Shown one piece after another: positions 1 to 11,800 of a DNA stretch of 64,000 nt. The notes under the pieces are model-generated. The model was given only the letters and a program-made list of their open reading frames with translations, was not told the DNA's origin and did no database searches. Source of the DNA: Patescibacteria group bacterium (GTDB lineage: Bacteria; Patescibacteriota; Patescibacteriia; JBDRGY01); NCBI GenBank assembly GCA_043817315.1, contig JBDRGY010000002.1, positions 1,046-65,045 of the forward strand, in the 5' to 3' direction. The position numbers and the translations under genes were made by a program. The stretch's first letter is position 1; each line of letters begins with the position of its first letter.

Positions 1-3000
1 ACTGTTTCTGAGGCTGCTGAAGTAGCACCAGCGGTATCTTTGGCTTTTACCCGATAATAATAAGTTTTAGTGTTGTCTAGCCCGACATCCAGGTAACCAT
101 AGGTTTCTGTTTCAGCAATTTGAGTAAAGCTATCGTCATCATCTATTGATCTTTCGATAACATAAGCAATTTCCTCATCCGTGGCCTGAGCTCCGTATGA
201 GCTGGCTGAAGTCAAAGGGTCCCAGACAATAGTAATTGTATATGACTGTCTTTCTCGATTGGATGAATCAGTAATAATCATGCCCGTTGGCACAGGCGGG
301 GAAGCGGTATGTGCCTCAAAGTTGACCGAATCGTAATTGTCATAGTTAACATTACTGGCATCATCTACGGCTACTACGTAGAAAGTATTATCTCCTTGTT
401 GAGTGGCATAAGCCCCAGGACCTAAGGTGGTTTGAGTGGTGTAAGAAGTATTGGTTTCGGTGGGAGTCGAATTGACTGAGTAGAAATAACCCTCAATAGT
501 TACTCCTTCATCTACCGGAGCACCCCAGGTGAATTTGAATGAGTTGGTGGTGTTACTGGTTGGCGTAACCGCTAAGTTAGTAGGGGCTGATGGAGCATCT
601 TCTGTAGTAAAGGTGTAATCAGTGGAGTAGCCGGTATTGCTATCACTGTCTGTCCATTTGGTCCGGTAGTGGTAAACGGTATTGGGTTTTAAACCGACTA
701 GAGTTACTTCGTGAGAGGTGACTGAATCTGCTTGACCCTGTTCATTACCATAACTAGTGGTGGTCCCGTATTCCACGAAGGAGGATCCTTCTCTATCAGT
801 CAGCCATTCCACTACCGCTGATTGAATCCTAGTTGCTGCTCCAGGGTTTCCCACCAAATTAGGCGGTTCATAGTACCTGCCCCTGGCTTGTTCACACACT
901 TCTGTCGATAATGCTGAAGTGGCTTCGGCGTTGTCTACTGCGGTAATCCGATAACAATACCAAGCATTTTGGGTTAAACCGGTGTCTAGATAACCGGTTC
1001 CGGTTACTTGAGATATTTCGGCATAGGTATCACTGTCATCTTCTGACCGATTAACGTTGTAATGGTCTACCGTACCAAAAGAAGGAGTATTCCAGGTCAC
1101 AGTTAAAGAATAGGTCTCTAGTTCTTGACTAGAGGTGTCAGTCACAATCACTCCTTGAGGAATACCTGGGGCGGTAGTGGTGGCCGTAAAATCGACTGAG
1201 GAATAGGCTGTCCATTCAATATTATCCACTTCATCAATGGCTACTACGTAGAAAGTGTTTAACCCTTGTCTGGTGGCAAAAGCACCTGACACTTCTGTAC
1301 TGGTTGTGTAGGTGGAATTGTCAGCGGTTGGTTCCTGGTTGACTGAGTAGTAATAACCGGCAATATCATTTTCATGGGTGTCTGGTTCATTCCAGGAAAG
1401 GGTAAATGAGTTAGTGGTTGAAATTTCCGGATCAACGGCTAAATCAGTCGGTTCTGATGGAGCAGAAGCAGACCAGTAGTATTGGACAGAAGTGTAAGAT
1501 GAATTAACATTACCAGCTACGTCCTTTGATCTGACATAAAACTTATTAATACCTTCCTGGTAAGCTTCGATGGAAGATATTGTAGTCTCTGAAATACAAG
1601 TGTCAGTCGCTCCAGCTACTCCTGTTTTGTAGCAATACTGATCAATGCCGGAATGGGCGTCGGAGCCGGCTGACCAGAGAAAGGTAAAATTGTCTTGGTT
1701 ATTAGTATAGCCAGCCGGGTCAGCGGCTACCACTCCGGGGTTAGTGGGCTCTGTACCGTCGTATTTGTAAATAAAAGCAGCCCAAGCTGAATCAGTTACC
1801 TGGCCAGCCGCGTCTCTGGCTTTGATTCTTAAATAGTAAGTAGTGCCATCTACCAAGGAGGAAGCAGTATAGGTGGCTGTGGTTCTAAGAGTTCCTGAAG
1901 TCGGTTCACAATCTACTGCCCCAAAGCACACCCAATACCCGGCATAACCTCCTGACATACCAGAATCACTATCATCATCTCCTGACCAGGTGAAATACGG
2001 TCCGGTGTGGTTGTACCATGTGTCTGTGGTAATGGCATCACCCCCGTTTTCCGAATAGCCATTGACTGTATCTGGATTAGTGGGATCATCCATATCCTTC
2101 ATGTAGTCAAACTGGTAGTCAGCTACCGATGGATTGGAAACACCATCACTACTAGTCAAAGTAATTTTCACTTGAATATATCTATTGGTGATATCACCAA
2201 CTAGGGCCACCATTTCAGTCCTTGTTTTAGTTTTAGTTCCTGATGAAGTATAAGTATCAATAGTGGTCCAAGAAGACCAGCCCGTACTGCCATCTGCGCT
2301 ATGTCTCATTTCAAACTTAGCAGAAGTATTGACTGGAGTAGTCACATTGGTTGTAAAGGCAGTGGAACCTCCAGCACTACCGTCTCCCCAGGTGTAGATG
2401 TATTGGGCATCCAGATTTTGGGAAGTATAGGTGCCGGGGGATTGGAGGGAGGCCAACTCACTGCCCAAAGAAGTGGAAGGCTCTGTAGACATAATTTTAT
2501 GAGCTTGAAAATCATCGAATCTTGCTATACCGGGGTAATGAGAAAATCCAGGATAACCCGAGGCGAAATTAGAATTTGTATCAGTCACCGTAAGTTCCCA
2601 ACTGCCGGGTTCAGCCTGCCCCACTTCCCACACCTTCATTTTCAAATCGTAATTAATAAATTGAACCTTAAAATAGTATTGAGTTTCTACCACATTAACT
2701 GGTGCTGCTGTGCTAGTCATTAGTTGCCAGGCTGCACCTACTCTTCTGTATAAATACAAGTTACTACTCCATCTTCCAACCATATAAGAATTGTTGGCGT
2801 CTTGATATCTGCCGCTAGATGCTAAAAGTTTGTGGCTAGTATCAAACACTTCTCCGGTTACTTTAAATATCTGTTCGTAGTCTGCCAATGTACCGACAGA
2901 GGTGTTCCAGAACGCGTACCAGTTGCTATTAACATCAACCCTATACTCACCGCCAACAACTGTAGCTGATGCCAAGGTTCCTGCCATCGATGCACTTGTC

Positions 3001-3677
3001 CAACCATCTGCATTTCCATCTTCAAAATCATCCCAAAAAGCAAAAACTCCGGTTCTGTCCACTGGAGGACTGACTGCAGAATCATTACCATAATACATAT
3101 AATAATCCGTATCAGTAGACGAGGCCGGAATAGCCGCTTGGGTTTTTAACTGAATTGTTGTATCTGATTGATTCCATGATTCTCCGTCAGCTAATACTCG
3201 ATCAAGTTCGTTGTTGGCACCGCCATCCCAGTAGACAATTCTAATATCATCTCCGGAGACCAATGATTTACTGTTGGTAACTAAGTCATCATGATCTAAT
3301 TCCAGGGAAACAGTATAGTCTGTCGCCATTTCCGATCCAATATTATTGGTAACGGTGATTTGTTTGCGAAAACTATAGGAACCGTTCCACCAATTTGATC
3401 CTCCGTCACCATTGATTTCGATGGCATCACCGGTAACCGTAATATCATCCAATGTGCCTAAGTTCCAATCAGCATCTGATGTAATGGTGACTGAACCGGC
3501 TTGAGGAGCGGCCAGGATAATCGGCCATTGAACTATGGAAACTACAAGGGCTAATAACAAAAATACCGAAATCACCAGCTGAATTCGGTATCTTATTTGG
3601 TAAACTCGAAGTCTATGCAAGGCTTGCTGCAACCTTGTTTTTAACTCGCTAATTTGCGATGTCGGATTTCTCCGCAT
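1..3677 (-). CDS. Giant surface-anchored adhesin-like protein, paralog A (5' part of gene; C-terminus lies beyond window start)
   Basis: Minus-strand reading frame open from the ATG at 3677 to the window edge. N-terminus MRRNPTSQISELKTRLQQALHRLRVYQIRYRIQLVISVFLLLALVV has the same signal-anchor architecture as the 3825..8891 product. Long stretches are near-identical at the DNA level to gene B (e.g. ~520-600 vs ~5575-5650; ~1990-2090 vs ~7040-7140). An extended -10 (TGTGATATAATAT) on the minus strand upstream of the ATG. Confidence 0.75.
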   Translation of the reverse strand, partial: MRRNPTSQISELKTRLQQALHRLRVYQIRYRIQLVISVFLLLALVVSIVQWPIILAAPQAGSVTITSDADWNLGTLDDITVTGDAIEINGDGGSNWWNGSYSFRKQITVTNNIGSEMATDYTVSLELDHDDLVTNSKSLVSGDDIRIVYWDGGANNELDRVLADGESWNQSDTTIQLKTQAAIPASSTDTDYYMYYGNDSAVSPPVDRTGVFAFWDDFEDGNADGWTSASMAGTLASATVVGGEYRVDVNSNWYAFWNTSVGTLADYEQIFKVTGEVFDTSHKLLASSGRYQDANNSYMVGRWSSNLYLYRRVGAAWQLMTSTAAPVNVVETQYYFKVQFINYDLKMKVWEVGQAEPGSWELTVTDTNSNFASGYPGFSHYPGIARFDDFQAHKIMSTEPSTSLGSELASLQSPGTYTSQNLDAQYIYTWGDGSAGGSTAFTTNVTTPVNTSAKFEMRHSADGSTGWSSWTTIDTYTSSGTKTKTRTEMVALVGDITNRYIQVKITLTSSDGVSNPSVADYQFDYMKDMDDPTNPDTVNGYSENGGDAITTDTWYNHTGPYFTWSGDDDSDSGMSGGYAGYWVCFGAVDCEPTSGTLRTTATYTASSLVDGTTYYLRIKARDAAGQVTDSAWAAFIYKYDGTEPTNPGVVAADPAGYTNNQDNFTFLWSAGSDAHSGIDQYCYKTGVAGATDTCISETTISSIEAYQEGINKFYVRSKDVAGNVNSSYTSVQYYWSASAPSEPTDLAVDPEISTTNSFTLSWNEPDTHENDIAGYYYSVNQEPTADNSTYTTSTEVSGAFATRQGLNTFYVVAIDEVDNIEWTAYSSVDFTATTTAPGIPQGVIVTDTSSQELETYSLTVTWNTPSFGTVDHYNVNRSEDDSDTYAEISQVTGTGYLDTGLTQNAWYCYRITAVDNAEATSALSTEVCEQARGRYYEPPNLVGNPGAATRIQSAVVEWLTDREGSSFVEYGTTTSYGNEQGQADSVTSHEVTLVGLKPNTVYHYRTKWTDSDSNTGYSTDYTFTTEDAPSAPTNLAVTPTSNTTNSFKFTWGAPVDEGVTIEGYFYSVNSTPTETNTSYTTQTTLGPGAYATQQGDNTFYVVAVDDASNVNYDNYDSVNFEAHTASPPVPTGMIITDSSNRERQSYTITIVWDPLTSASSYGAQATDEEIAYVIERSIDDDDSFTQIAETETYGYLDVGLDNTKTYYYRVKAKDTAGATSAASET

Positions 3678-3775
3678 GGTTGAATCTATTTTTGTTTTCT
3701 TTGGATTAAATACCAAAATACAACGCTCTCGCTATTTAAAGCGAGTCGTCATTGGCGTTCTATATTATATCACAA

Positions 3776-3815
3776 AAAGGGGCTTAAGTCAAAGTCCCCT
3801 TTTTATCTTTTTCCC
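3776..3815 (-). terminator. Rho-independent terminator hairpin (AAAAGGGG...CCCCTTTT) between giant genes B and A
   Basis: Inverted repeat AAAAAGGGGCTTAAGTCAAAGTCCCCTTTTT followed by a T-run on the minus strand; reads the same on both strands (bidirectional). Confidence 0.4.
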
Positions 3816-3824
3816 TATACTTAG

Positions 3825-6800
3825 CTAAAACAAATTTCCCATATTACTCATCCAAGAGAAAGTATCAGACAGATTATCTATTACGATTTGTAAAAATGAT
3901 TCTCTCTTTCTGGAGGTTAGGACAGAGTAGCTATCAGATAGGGTTTCATTGTCTGCTTTATCAGTTGCCACAACGCGGAAATGGTAGGTTCTGGCTGGTT
4001 CCAGGTCTTTGATTACCATGATGTGGTCAATCACTAGTTCTGGATTTACATCGGTTGATCCGGTGTAAGTGGAAGAAGAAAGTCCTTCTCCGTATTCCAA
4101 TTGGGAAGAAGTTGGTTCATTGGTCATCCAGGAGACAATAATCTGGACTGAAGCGGTATCACCAGACCCCACAGTATTAGCCTCATATCTAACATCAGAA
4201 ATAATAGGCGGCGTAGTATCTTCTAAAGTGGTAAAGGATTCTTCGGGGGAAACTGCTTCGTAACCGAATTGATCCCTGCCCCTGACTGTAAACTGGTAGG
4301 TGGTGGCATCTTCCAGTCCAAAGACCAGGACACTGTGATCAGTTACCAGGGCGGTATTGCCTTGAGTTTTGGAAGGTGTGTCTTCATTACCGTATTCCAC
4401 CTCTGAAGTAGTGGGTACGTTGGTGGTCCATTTGACTTCGGTCTGGCCTTCAGCCTTGTTTTCTGATGACACACTTAAAACTCTGGGGAAAGTAAGGGTG
4501 GTAAAAGCATAATCCCCTGATTCCGGTGCATTGTCGGTAGCATCTAAACCAGTAGGCCGAAAATGATAAGTGGTTCCGTCACTTAAGCCTGACAATTTCA
4601 AGGTGTGAGATAGGGTTGAAGAACCGGTAGTGTCGTAAACTACGGAGCCATAATCTGTAGTGGTGCCATAATCAATCAGTGAAGTTGTTTCTTTATTGGT
4701 TTTCCAGGAGATAGTGGCTTCATATAGTTTAATATCACTAACCACAACTTCAGAAACCCGGGGCGCTTCCAGGGTGGTTAAGCTACTGATCGAGGACAGG
4801 GCAATGTTTCCGTCAATATCCCGAGAACGAATACGGTAATAATATTTGGTCTCAGCATTTAGACCCTCCAAAACTACAGTGTGGTCGTCACTCTCTTCAA
4901 TGGTTCCCTGCTCTTCGCCCAAATCTTCAGTCAAGCCATATTCAGCGTGAGAATCCGCCTCTCGGTCTGTTTCCCAAGTAATAGTGGCTGTAAAGGAATC
5001 AGGAGTGACTGTGGGGCCAGCTGAAATCGTAGGCGGCGTCCGGTATCTGCCCTCTGGAATCTCGGAAACTACAGTGGAGGCAGCAGATTGAGCTCCGGCA
5101 TTGTCTTTGGCCGTTACTTTATAGTAATAAGTGGTTTCATTAGATAAACTGGTATCGATGTAGGCAATCGATTGAGTTTCGCTGATATCTTCAAAGGTCT
5201 TATTGTCAGTCGAGCGTTTGATTATATAAGCTACCTCTTCACCTTCACCAGAACTTATAGTAGTCGGTGGGTCCCAAGTTAGGGTCAGCATATACTTTTC
5301 AGTGTATCTGTCAGACGAATCAATGATTAACATATTGGTGGGAGCACCCGGCGCCGCCGTATTAGCCTCGAACTCTATGCTGGCATGATTGTCGTAGTTG
5401 ATGTTACCGGCATCATCGATAGCTACTATGTAAAAAGTGTTAGTACCTTGTTGGGTGGCATAAGGTCCCGGGCCTAAAGTGGTCTGGGCAGTGTAGGAAG
5501 AGTTGGTTACACTTGGCTCCTGATTAATTGAATAGTAGTAGCCCTCTATGGTTACCCCTTCATCAACCGGTTCCCCCCAGGTGAATTTGAAAGAGTTGGT
5601 GGTGTTACTGGTAGGGGCAACTGCCAGGCTAGTTGGAGCTGATGGGGCATCCGCTGTTTCAAAGGTGTAATCACCAGAATAGCCGGTATTGTCGTCCTCA
5701 TCAGTAAACTTTACTCTGTAATGATATGTGGTATCCGGTTCCAAACCGATCAGGTTAACACTGTGAGAGGATAGATGATCATCCTGGCCGGCTTCGCTAC
5801 CATAGGCTGTGGTTTCCCCATATTCCACGAATGAAGAACATTCTCTGTCTGTTAACCATTCAATAGTGGCTGATTGGATCCTGGTTTCTGCCCCTGGGTT
5901 ACCGACCAGGCTGGGAGCTTCATAATATCTGCCTCTAGCTTGTTCACAGACTTCGCTGGAAGCTGCTGAGGCTGCCTCGGCGTTGTCGGTGGCTTTAATC
6001 TGGTAGCAATACCAGGCATTCTGGGTTAAACCGGTATCCAGATAACCGGTTCCTGTTACTTGGGATATTTCGGTGTAAGTATCCCCGCCATCATCTGATC
6101 TTTCTACTTTGTAGTGATCAATTCCTCCGCCTACTTGATCCGGTTCTTCCCAGGTAACGGTTAGTCTAAAGGTGCCTTGTTCTCTGTTAGAAGAATCAGT
6201 GACGATAATTCCGGTAGGAATACCGGGGGCTGAGGTTGAGGCTGTAAATTCTATGGAAGAATAGGAACTCCAGTTCTTATTGCCGGCAGTATCTACTGCC
6301 ACCACGTAGAAAACATTAGCCCCTTGCTGGGTGGCAAAAGCATCTGGGCCAATGGTGGTTTGGGTGGTGTAAGTAACATTGTTAGCGTTAGGAATAGCGT
6401 TAATAGCGTAGTAATAACCAGCTATAGTAGTATCATGGCTGGCTGGTTCCAGCCAGGAGAAAGTAAAGGAATTAGTGGTATTAGAGGCTGGATCTACTTG
6501 TAGATTCTGAGGTTCTGATGGAGCGTTGGCTGAATAATAATAGTTTACTGAAGTGTAGTAATCAAGCAGATTTCCAGCCACATCTTTGGACCTGACGTAA
6601 AAAACATTAGTGCCTTCCTGGTAAGAGGTGATTCCAGAGACAGTGGTTTCCGCAATACAGGTATCGGTGGCAGCCGGTGCCCCTGTTTTGTAGCAGTATT
6701 CACCAATGCCGGAATGGGCATCGGAGCCGGCATTCCAAGTAAAAGAATAACTATCTTCACTGGAAAAACCAGCTGGGTTGGGTAGGATCCCAGAGGGGTT

Positions 6801-8891
6801 GCCGGGGTCAGTGGCGTCGTATTTGAAAGTGAAGGCGGTCCAGGTTGCTACGGCTTTATTTCCGGCAACATCCTGAGTTTTAATCCTTAAATAGTAGGTG
6901 CCTGATGACGAAGGAGCAGCAGTATAATTGGCATCAGTAGAATAACTACCAGCAGTGGGATCACAACTAACTGCCCCAAAACACACCCAATAACCGTGGA
7001 CTCCAGATGGATTACCCTCTGGTCCGGCTGCATCAGCTGCTCCTGCCCATGTAAAATACGGTCCGGTGTGGTTGTACCAAGTGGCCGTAGTAATGGCATC
7101 GCCTCCGTTTTCGGAATAACCATTGATGGTGTCTGGATTGGTTGGCGGGGTAACATCAGAAGGGGTAAAAGCAATGGAATTATCTTCAAAGATTGGAGTG
7201 TTTCCTCCAGAGGGCGTTAAGGTCAACTGATACTGGACATACTGCTCTGTGTCAGTCACGCAGCTGTTGGCGCTCATATCTGAACCGCTTCCTATTGCCG
7301 TGCAAGTTGAAAAATCTGGAGCACCGAACATCACCGCGCTGTCAGAAGTGCGCACTTTGACTGCCACGGTACCTGAGCCCGAAGAATTATAAGCAAGATT
7401 GCCCCAGTCAGCTGAGAATTCAGTGTTAAAAATATTAGAGGTGAGTGTCCCTGTTGATTCATAATCTGATAGACTAAAATCATCGACGTAAACTGTTTTA
7501 CTAGCCTTCACCTGCACTCCATAAGTACGACTAGAAGCAGCCCCGGTTACAGTACCGGTTAGTTTGTACCAACCACCAGCATCGGCAGTGAAGGCTGTGG
7601 TCACAGTTGAGCCGTTGGCATAAAGCTCCACGTCAGCATCAGTTACTTCCGAGCCGTCAGTATAGGCGTAGGCTACTAAAGTATAAGAATTTGTATCTCC
7701 TACATTAACATTCTGTAAAAGTTCCACGGTATTTGTTCCAGAAACTACCTTGGCTGATCCTGCTCCATTTCTTTTGGTGTCGGTATCCAAAGTAAGGGTA
7801 CTGCCCAAGTTAAACTTGTTAGCCAAGAAGTTTTCCACCCCGTGGCGGTCTGCGGCTGAGATCACTTCGTCATAAATCATAAATTCAGCTATACGTCCGT
7901 TAAGATTCCAGGTACCATCGGCCCATTTGCCGATGGCTAGCCGCGGACTGGAAAAAGTGGCCTGGGAACCAATGGCGCTGACGGACTGCGATACACCATT
8001 AAACCAAAGAAAATGGCGGTTTCCAGTATTAGAAACTTGCTGGGAAAAAATCTGGAACCCCGAATCTATATTGGGACCATTGGCCACACCACCGTTGTAA
8101 TAGTTATAGTAGTCATCAGCGGTTCCTCCAGGAGCGTAGCGGGAGATAGACGATCCATTACTTGGACTGGCTGGATTGTAAATGAAGTATAGGTAATCGT
8201 AATTACTAGACGGCTGATTGGTGTAGTCAAACGAGGCCACTGAGATAACAGTGATATCAGTGATCGAAGCAATAGAAGTTAAGTCCACATAAAGCACTTC
8301 TCCGTTGCCAGCTGTATCAACGTCTGGCGAAAATTGGAGAACCGCTCGGCTATTCAACTCATCTGTTTCATAAGTCGGTCGGCGGCTGGCTGACGTTTGG
8401 GAAGCGTCGTTATTGCTGCTCGATTGGTCTCCCCAAACCTGGACGGTCTGTCCGTCTGTGGCCAGGGTTGAACCATTGTCATTATAGGCTTCAGCGTCTG
8501 CTCGCCCATAAAACTCTAAACCGCTGATAGTGGTCGGATCTATGCCCAGCCAGCTGTCTAGATCACTAGAATCATCAACGCCTGTATCAGAAAATTCCTC
8601 AGTGGCTGATACTGATACCTGCCCGGCCGTGGTAGTAGCATCAATATTTGATCCTGAAGCGTATTCGTCTACGGTCGAAGAGCCTACGCCACCACTCCAA
8701 TCAGTCTGCGTCCAGGGTGAATCGGCTGCTCGGGTAAACGGCCATTGGGTAACCAGTACAACTATAACCAATACTAAAAATACCGAGATTATCATTTGGA
8801 TTCGGTACTTAACCCGGTAAATTCTAAGCCTAGCTAAAGCCTCTTTTAGCTGCTTCCTTAAATCAGAGGTTTTACTCTGTCTGGATTTCAT
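3825..8891 (-). CDS. Giant surface protein B (1688 aa): N-terminal signal-anchor, LamG/concanavalin-like lectin domain, carbohydrate-binding-like module, repeated Fn3/PAP-N-like modules
   Basis: ORF track. N-terminal TM helix IISVFLVLVIVVLVTQW. Segment ISVASFDYTNQPSSNYDYLYFIY...HFLWFNGVSQ...RLAIGKWADGTWNLNGRIAEFMIYDEVIS has a LamG_3-like pattern. The C-terminal ~600 aa are highly similar to the C-terminus of gene C, including the terminal tail ...RESFLQIVIDNLSDTFSWMSNMGNLF. Confidence 0.85.
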   Translation of the reverse strand: MKSRQSKTSDLRKQLKEALARLRIYRVKYRIQMIISVFLVLVIVVLVTQWPFTRAADSPWTQTDWSGGVGSSTVDEYASGSNIDATTTAGQVSVSATEEFSDTGVDDSSDLDSWLGIDPTTISGLEFYGRADAEAYNDNGSTLATDGQTVQVWGDQSSSNNDASQTSASRRPTYETDELNSRAVLQFSPDVDTAGNGEVLYVDLTSIASITDITVISVASFDYTNQPSSNYDYLYFIYNPASPSNGSSISRYAPGGTADDYYNYYNGGVANGPNIDSGFQIFSQQVSNTGNRHFLWFNGVSQSVSAIGSQATFSSPRLAIGKWADGTWNLNGRIAEFMIYDEVISAADRHGVENFLANKFNLGSTLTLDTDTKRNGAGSAKVVSGTNTVELLQNVNVGDTNSYTLVAYAYTDGSEVTDADVELYANGSTVTTAFTADAGGWYKLTGTVTGAASSRTYGVQVKASKTVYVDDFSLSDYESTGTLTSNIFNTEFSADWGNLAYNSSGSGTVAVKVRTSDSAVMFGAPDFSTCTAIGSGSDMSANSCVTDTEQYVQYQLTLTPSGGNTPIFEDNSIAFTPSDVTPPTNPDTINGYSENGGDAITTATWYNHTGPYFTWAGAADAAGPEGNPSGVHGYWVCFGAVSCDPTAGSYSTDANYTAAPSSSGTYYLRIKTQDVAGNKAVATWTAFTFKYDATDPGNPSGILPNPAGFSSEDSYSFTWNAGSDAHSGIGEYCYKTGAPAATDTCIAETTVSGITSYQEGTNVFYVRSKDVAGNLLDYYTSVNYYYSANAPSEPQNLQVDPASNTTNSFTFSWLEPASHDTTIAGYYYAINAIPNANNVTYTTQTTIGPDAFATQQGANVFYVVAVDTAGNKNWSSYSSIEFTASTSAPGIPTGIIVTDSSNREQGTFRLTVTWEEPDQVGGGIDHYKVERSDDGGDTYTEISQVTGTGYLDTGLTQNAWYCYQIKATDNAEAASAASSEVCEQARGRYYEAPSLVGNPGAETRIQSATIEWLTDRECSSFVEYGETTAYGSEAGQDDHLSSHSVNLIGLEPDTTYHYRVKFTDEDDNTGYSGDYTFETADAPSAPTSLAVAPTSNTTNSFKFTWGEPVDEGVTIEGYYYSINQEPSVTNSSYTAQTTLGPGPYATQQGTNTFYIVAIDDAGNINYDNHASIEFEANTAAPGAPTNMLIIDSSDRYTEKYMLTLTWDPPTTISSGEGEEVAYIIKRSTDNKTFEDISETQSIAYIDTSLSNETTYYYKVTAKDNAGAQSAASTVVSEIPEGRYRTPPTISAGPTVTPDSFTATITWETDREADSHAEYGLTEDLGEEQGTIEESDDHTVVLEGLNAETKYYYRIRSRDIDGNIALSSISSLTTLEAPRVSEVVVSDIKLYEATISWKTNKETTSLIDYGTTTDYGSVVYDTTGSSTLSHTLKLSGLSDGTTYHFRPTGLDATDNAPESGDYAFTTLTFPRVLSVSSENKAEGQTEVKWTTNVPTTSEVEYGNEDTPSKTQGNTALVTDHSVLVFGLEDATTYQFTVRGRDQFGYEAVSPEESFTTLEDTTPPIISDVRYEANTVGSGDTASVQIIVSWMTNEPTSSQLEYGEGLSSSTYTGSTDVNPELVIDHIMVIKDLEPARTYHFRVVATDKADNETLSDSYSVLTSRKRESFLQIVIDNLSDTFSWMSNMGNLF

Positions 8892-8894
8892 TTA

Positions 8895-11800
8895 TTAAAA
8901 CAAATTGCCGATGTTTCCTAACCAGGAGAAAGTCTGTTCTAGGTTGGAGATAACTATCTGCAAGAAAGATTCTCTGGCCCTGGAAGTTAACACTGAATAA
9001 TCGTCCGATTTAGTTTCGTTTCCAGCTTTATCTACAGCTATTGTTCTAAAATGGTAAGTTCGGGCCGGCTCCAGGTCGGGTATAATCATCAAGTGATCCT
9101 GCACCAGTTCCGGATTAATATCGGTCGAAGCTGAATATGAAGTTGACCCCAGCCCCTCCCCAAAATCAGCCGCGGTAGTGGTTGGCTCATCAGTTCTAAA
9201 GGAGACAATAATCTGAATTCTGGCTGCATCACCCGATCCCACTGTATTGGACTCATACTTGACGTGAGAAATGGTAGGCGGCGTAGTATCCTCTAAGGTT
9301 CTAAAGTTGTTTTCTACTGAAACGGCCTCGTAGCCGAATTGGTCGCGGCCCCGAACCACAAAATTGTAAATAGTTGCATCATTTAAGCCAAAAAGCAAGA
9401 CGGAGTGATCGGTTACCAGGGCAGTATTACCTTGAGTTTTGGACGGTTCATTTTCATTGTAGTATTCCACTTCCGAAGTAGTGGGCACATTGGTGGTCCA
9501 CCTAATCTCTGTTTGACCTTCGGCTTTGTTTTCCGAGGTAACATCAGACACTCGCGGAAAGGTTAGGGTAGTAAAGACATAATTATCCGAATTAAATTTA
9601 TTGCCGGAAGCATCTTCTGCATAAACTCTCAAATTATAGGTGGTTCCGTCTGCTAATCCTGTCAGTTTAATAGTGTGAGTAAAGCTAGTAGAGCCAGAGG
9701 TGTCAGTGTAGGTTAAACCATAATCCGTAGTAGTCCCATATTGAATCTGGGTAGTCGTTTCTTTATTAGTTTTCCAGGAAATTGTCGCTTCATACAACCT
9801 AATATCAGTAATCTCCATTTCCGATACCCGCGGCGCTTCTAGAGTAATAAATGAGGTTACGTCGGAATAGGCTTCATTTTCATCTCGGTCAATGGATTTT
9901 ACCTGGTAGTAATAAGTAGTTTCTGGATCTAAACCGGTAATCGTCACCGAATGATCATCAATTAAGTCAGAAGTTCCCTGTTCTCGATCATAATCTGTAG
10001 CCGAAGTTCCAAACAGGACAAAGGAGGAGGCCGGTCTTTCTGTTTTCCAGGTGACGGTGGCCGCAAAGGAATCAGGTACTATGGCCGGTCCAGCTGTAAT
10101 TTCCGGCGGAGTGGTATAACGACCGTCAGCTATTTCTTCAACTGGATCAGTGGCCGCTGAAGCGGATCCGGCTTTGTCAGCTGCTTTTACCTTGTAAAAA
10201 TATAATGTCTCAAATTCTAAATCAGTATCGATATAGGCAGTAGATTTGGTGGTGGCAATAACCTCATAGTCATTGTCCTCTTCAACCGCTCTATATATTG
10301 TATAGGTAATTTCTTCTTCCAGATCTTCTTCGACTGCATCTTTTACGATTCCAGAGGCACTGGGAGGATCAACCGAATTCCAACTGACCATTATTCGATA
10401 TTCTTTATCGGCCCGGTTGGAGACATCAAAGACTTCAGGATTAAGAGGAGCATCCGGCGGGATGGTATGAGCTTCAAAATCCACTACCGCATAATTGGCA
10501 TAATTTACATTACCGGCATCATCAGTGGCCACTACGTAGAAATTATTTATTCCCTGTTGAGTGGCTGCCGCAATCGGGCCTACTTCCGTATGAGTAGTAT
10601 AATAGACATTATCTTCGTTGGGCGGGGCATTAATACTGTAGTAATAACCTCCGACCGTAATTCCCTCGTCTACCGGCTCGGCCCAAGAGAAAGTGAAGCG
10701 ATTAACCATGTTTGATTCCGGATCAACTGCCAGATTGACCGGAGCGGAAGGGGCACCCAAGGTGGTTACTTCGTATATGGCTGATTCCCCGGTATTTCCA
10801 TCTTGGTCCACCCAGACTAATTTATAGTAATAAAGGGTGTCCGGTGATAGTCCAGTGACTAAAACCTCATGCTCGTCAACCAACTCTGAGGTGCCGGTTT
10901 CTTCTCCCAAACCTTCAGTCGTTCCGTATTGGACAAAAGAGGTAGCCGGATGAGGAATAACATTACCCAAACGATCTTGATCTGGCAAAGTCAGCCACTC
11001 GACCAAAACGGACCTGATGTAAGGAGTTACCGTCGGCTGACCGGACATAGTTGGGGCAAATTTAAATTTACCTTCCGGCTTAATACTTTCTACTGCCGAA
11101 TTACCGGAAGCGGCATTCCCACTGCCAACCGCTCTGATGAAATAACTATAGGTAATGGTGTTGTCCAAACTGGTATCTAAATAACCCAAAGTGGTAGTTG
11201 TAGCAATGTTGGTGTAATTATCTGGGGGATCAGCTACTGTGGATGGATTCTCACAATCTTCCTCACAACGATAAACTTTAAAGTTCTCGGCATTGGCCGT
11301 TTCATCCCAAGTCAGAGTGACTGAATATTTTTGAGTGGAACGATCAGAGGAGTCAGTCGCCTGCAAACTGGCTGGCGGATCTGGAGCAGTAGAAGTGAAG
11401 TCATAAGTTGTAGAGGTATAATTATCGTAATCAATGTTATTAATCACATCAGCTGCCACCAGATATAAAGTATTAGTCCCTTGTTGGGTAGCCGCTGAAA
11501 AACCAGGTAATAATCTGTTGTCAGTCTGATAGGCCGAGGTCCAACCACCGTCCGGACTGGGGGTAGTATTGCCGGCCGTATTGGTACCACAATTTTCGGC
11601 GCTAGGTAATTCATTGATTGTGAAACAATAACGTAAAATTTCATTAACATCACAAGGAGTCTGACCCAAACAGGTAGCCGGTAAGCTCCAGGAAAAGGAA
11701 AAAGTGTTATTGTTTGTGGCTGAAGTAGGCGTCGCCACTAAATTTTGCGGGGCTGTTGGCGGACTACCGGCATAGTAATAAGTAGTAGTGGCATAAGAAG

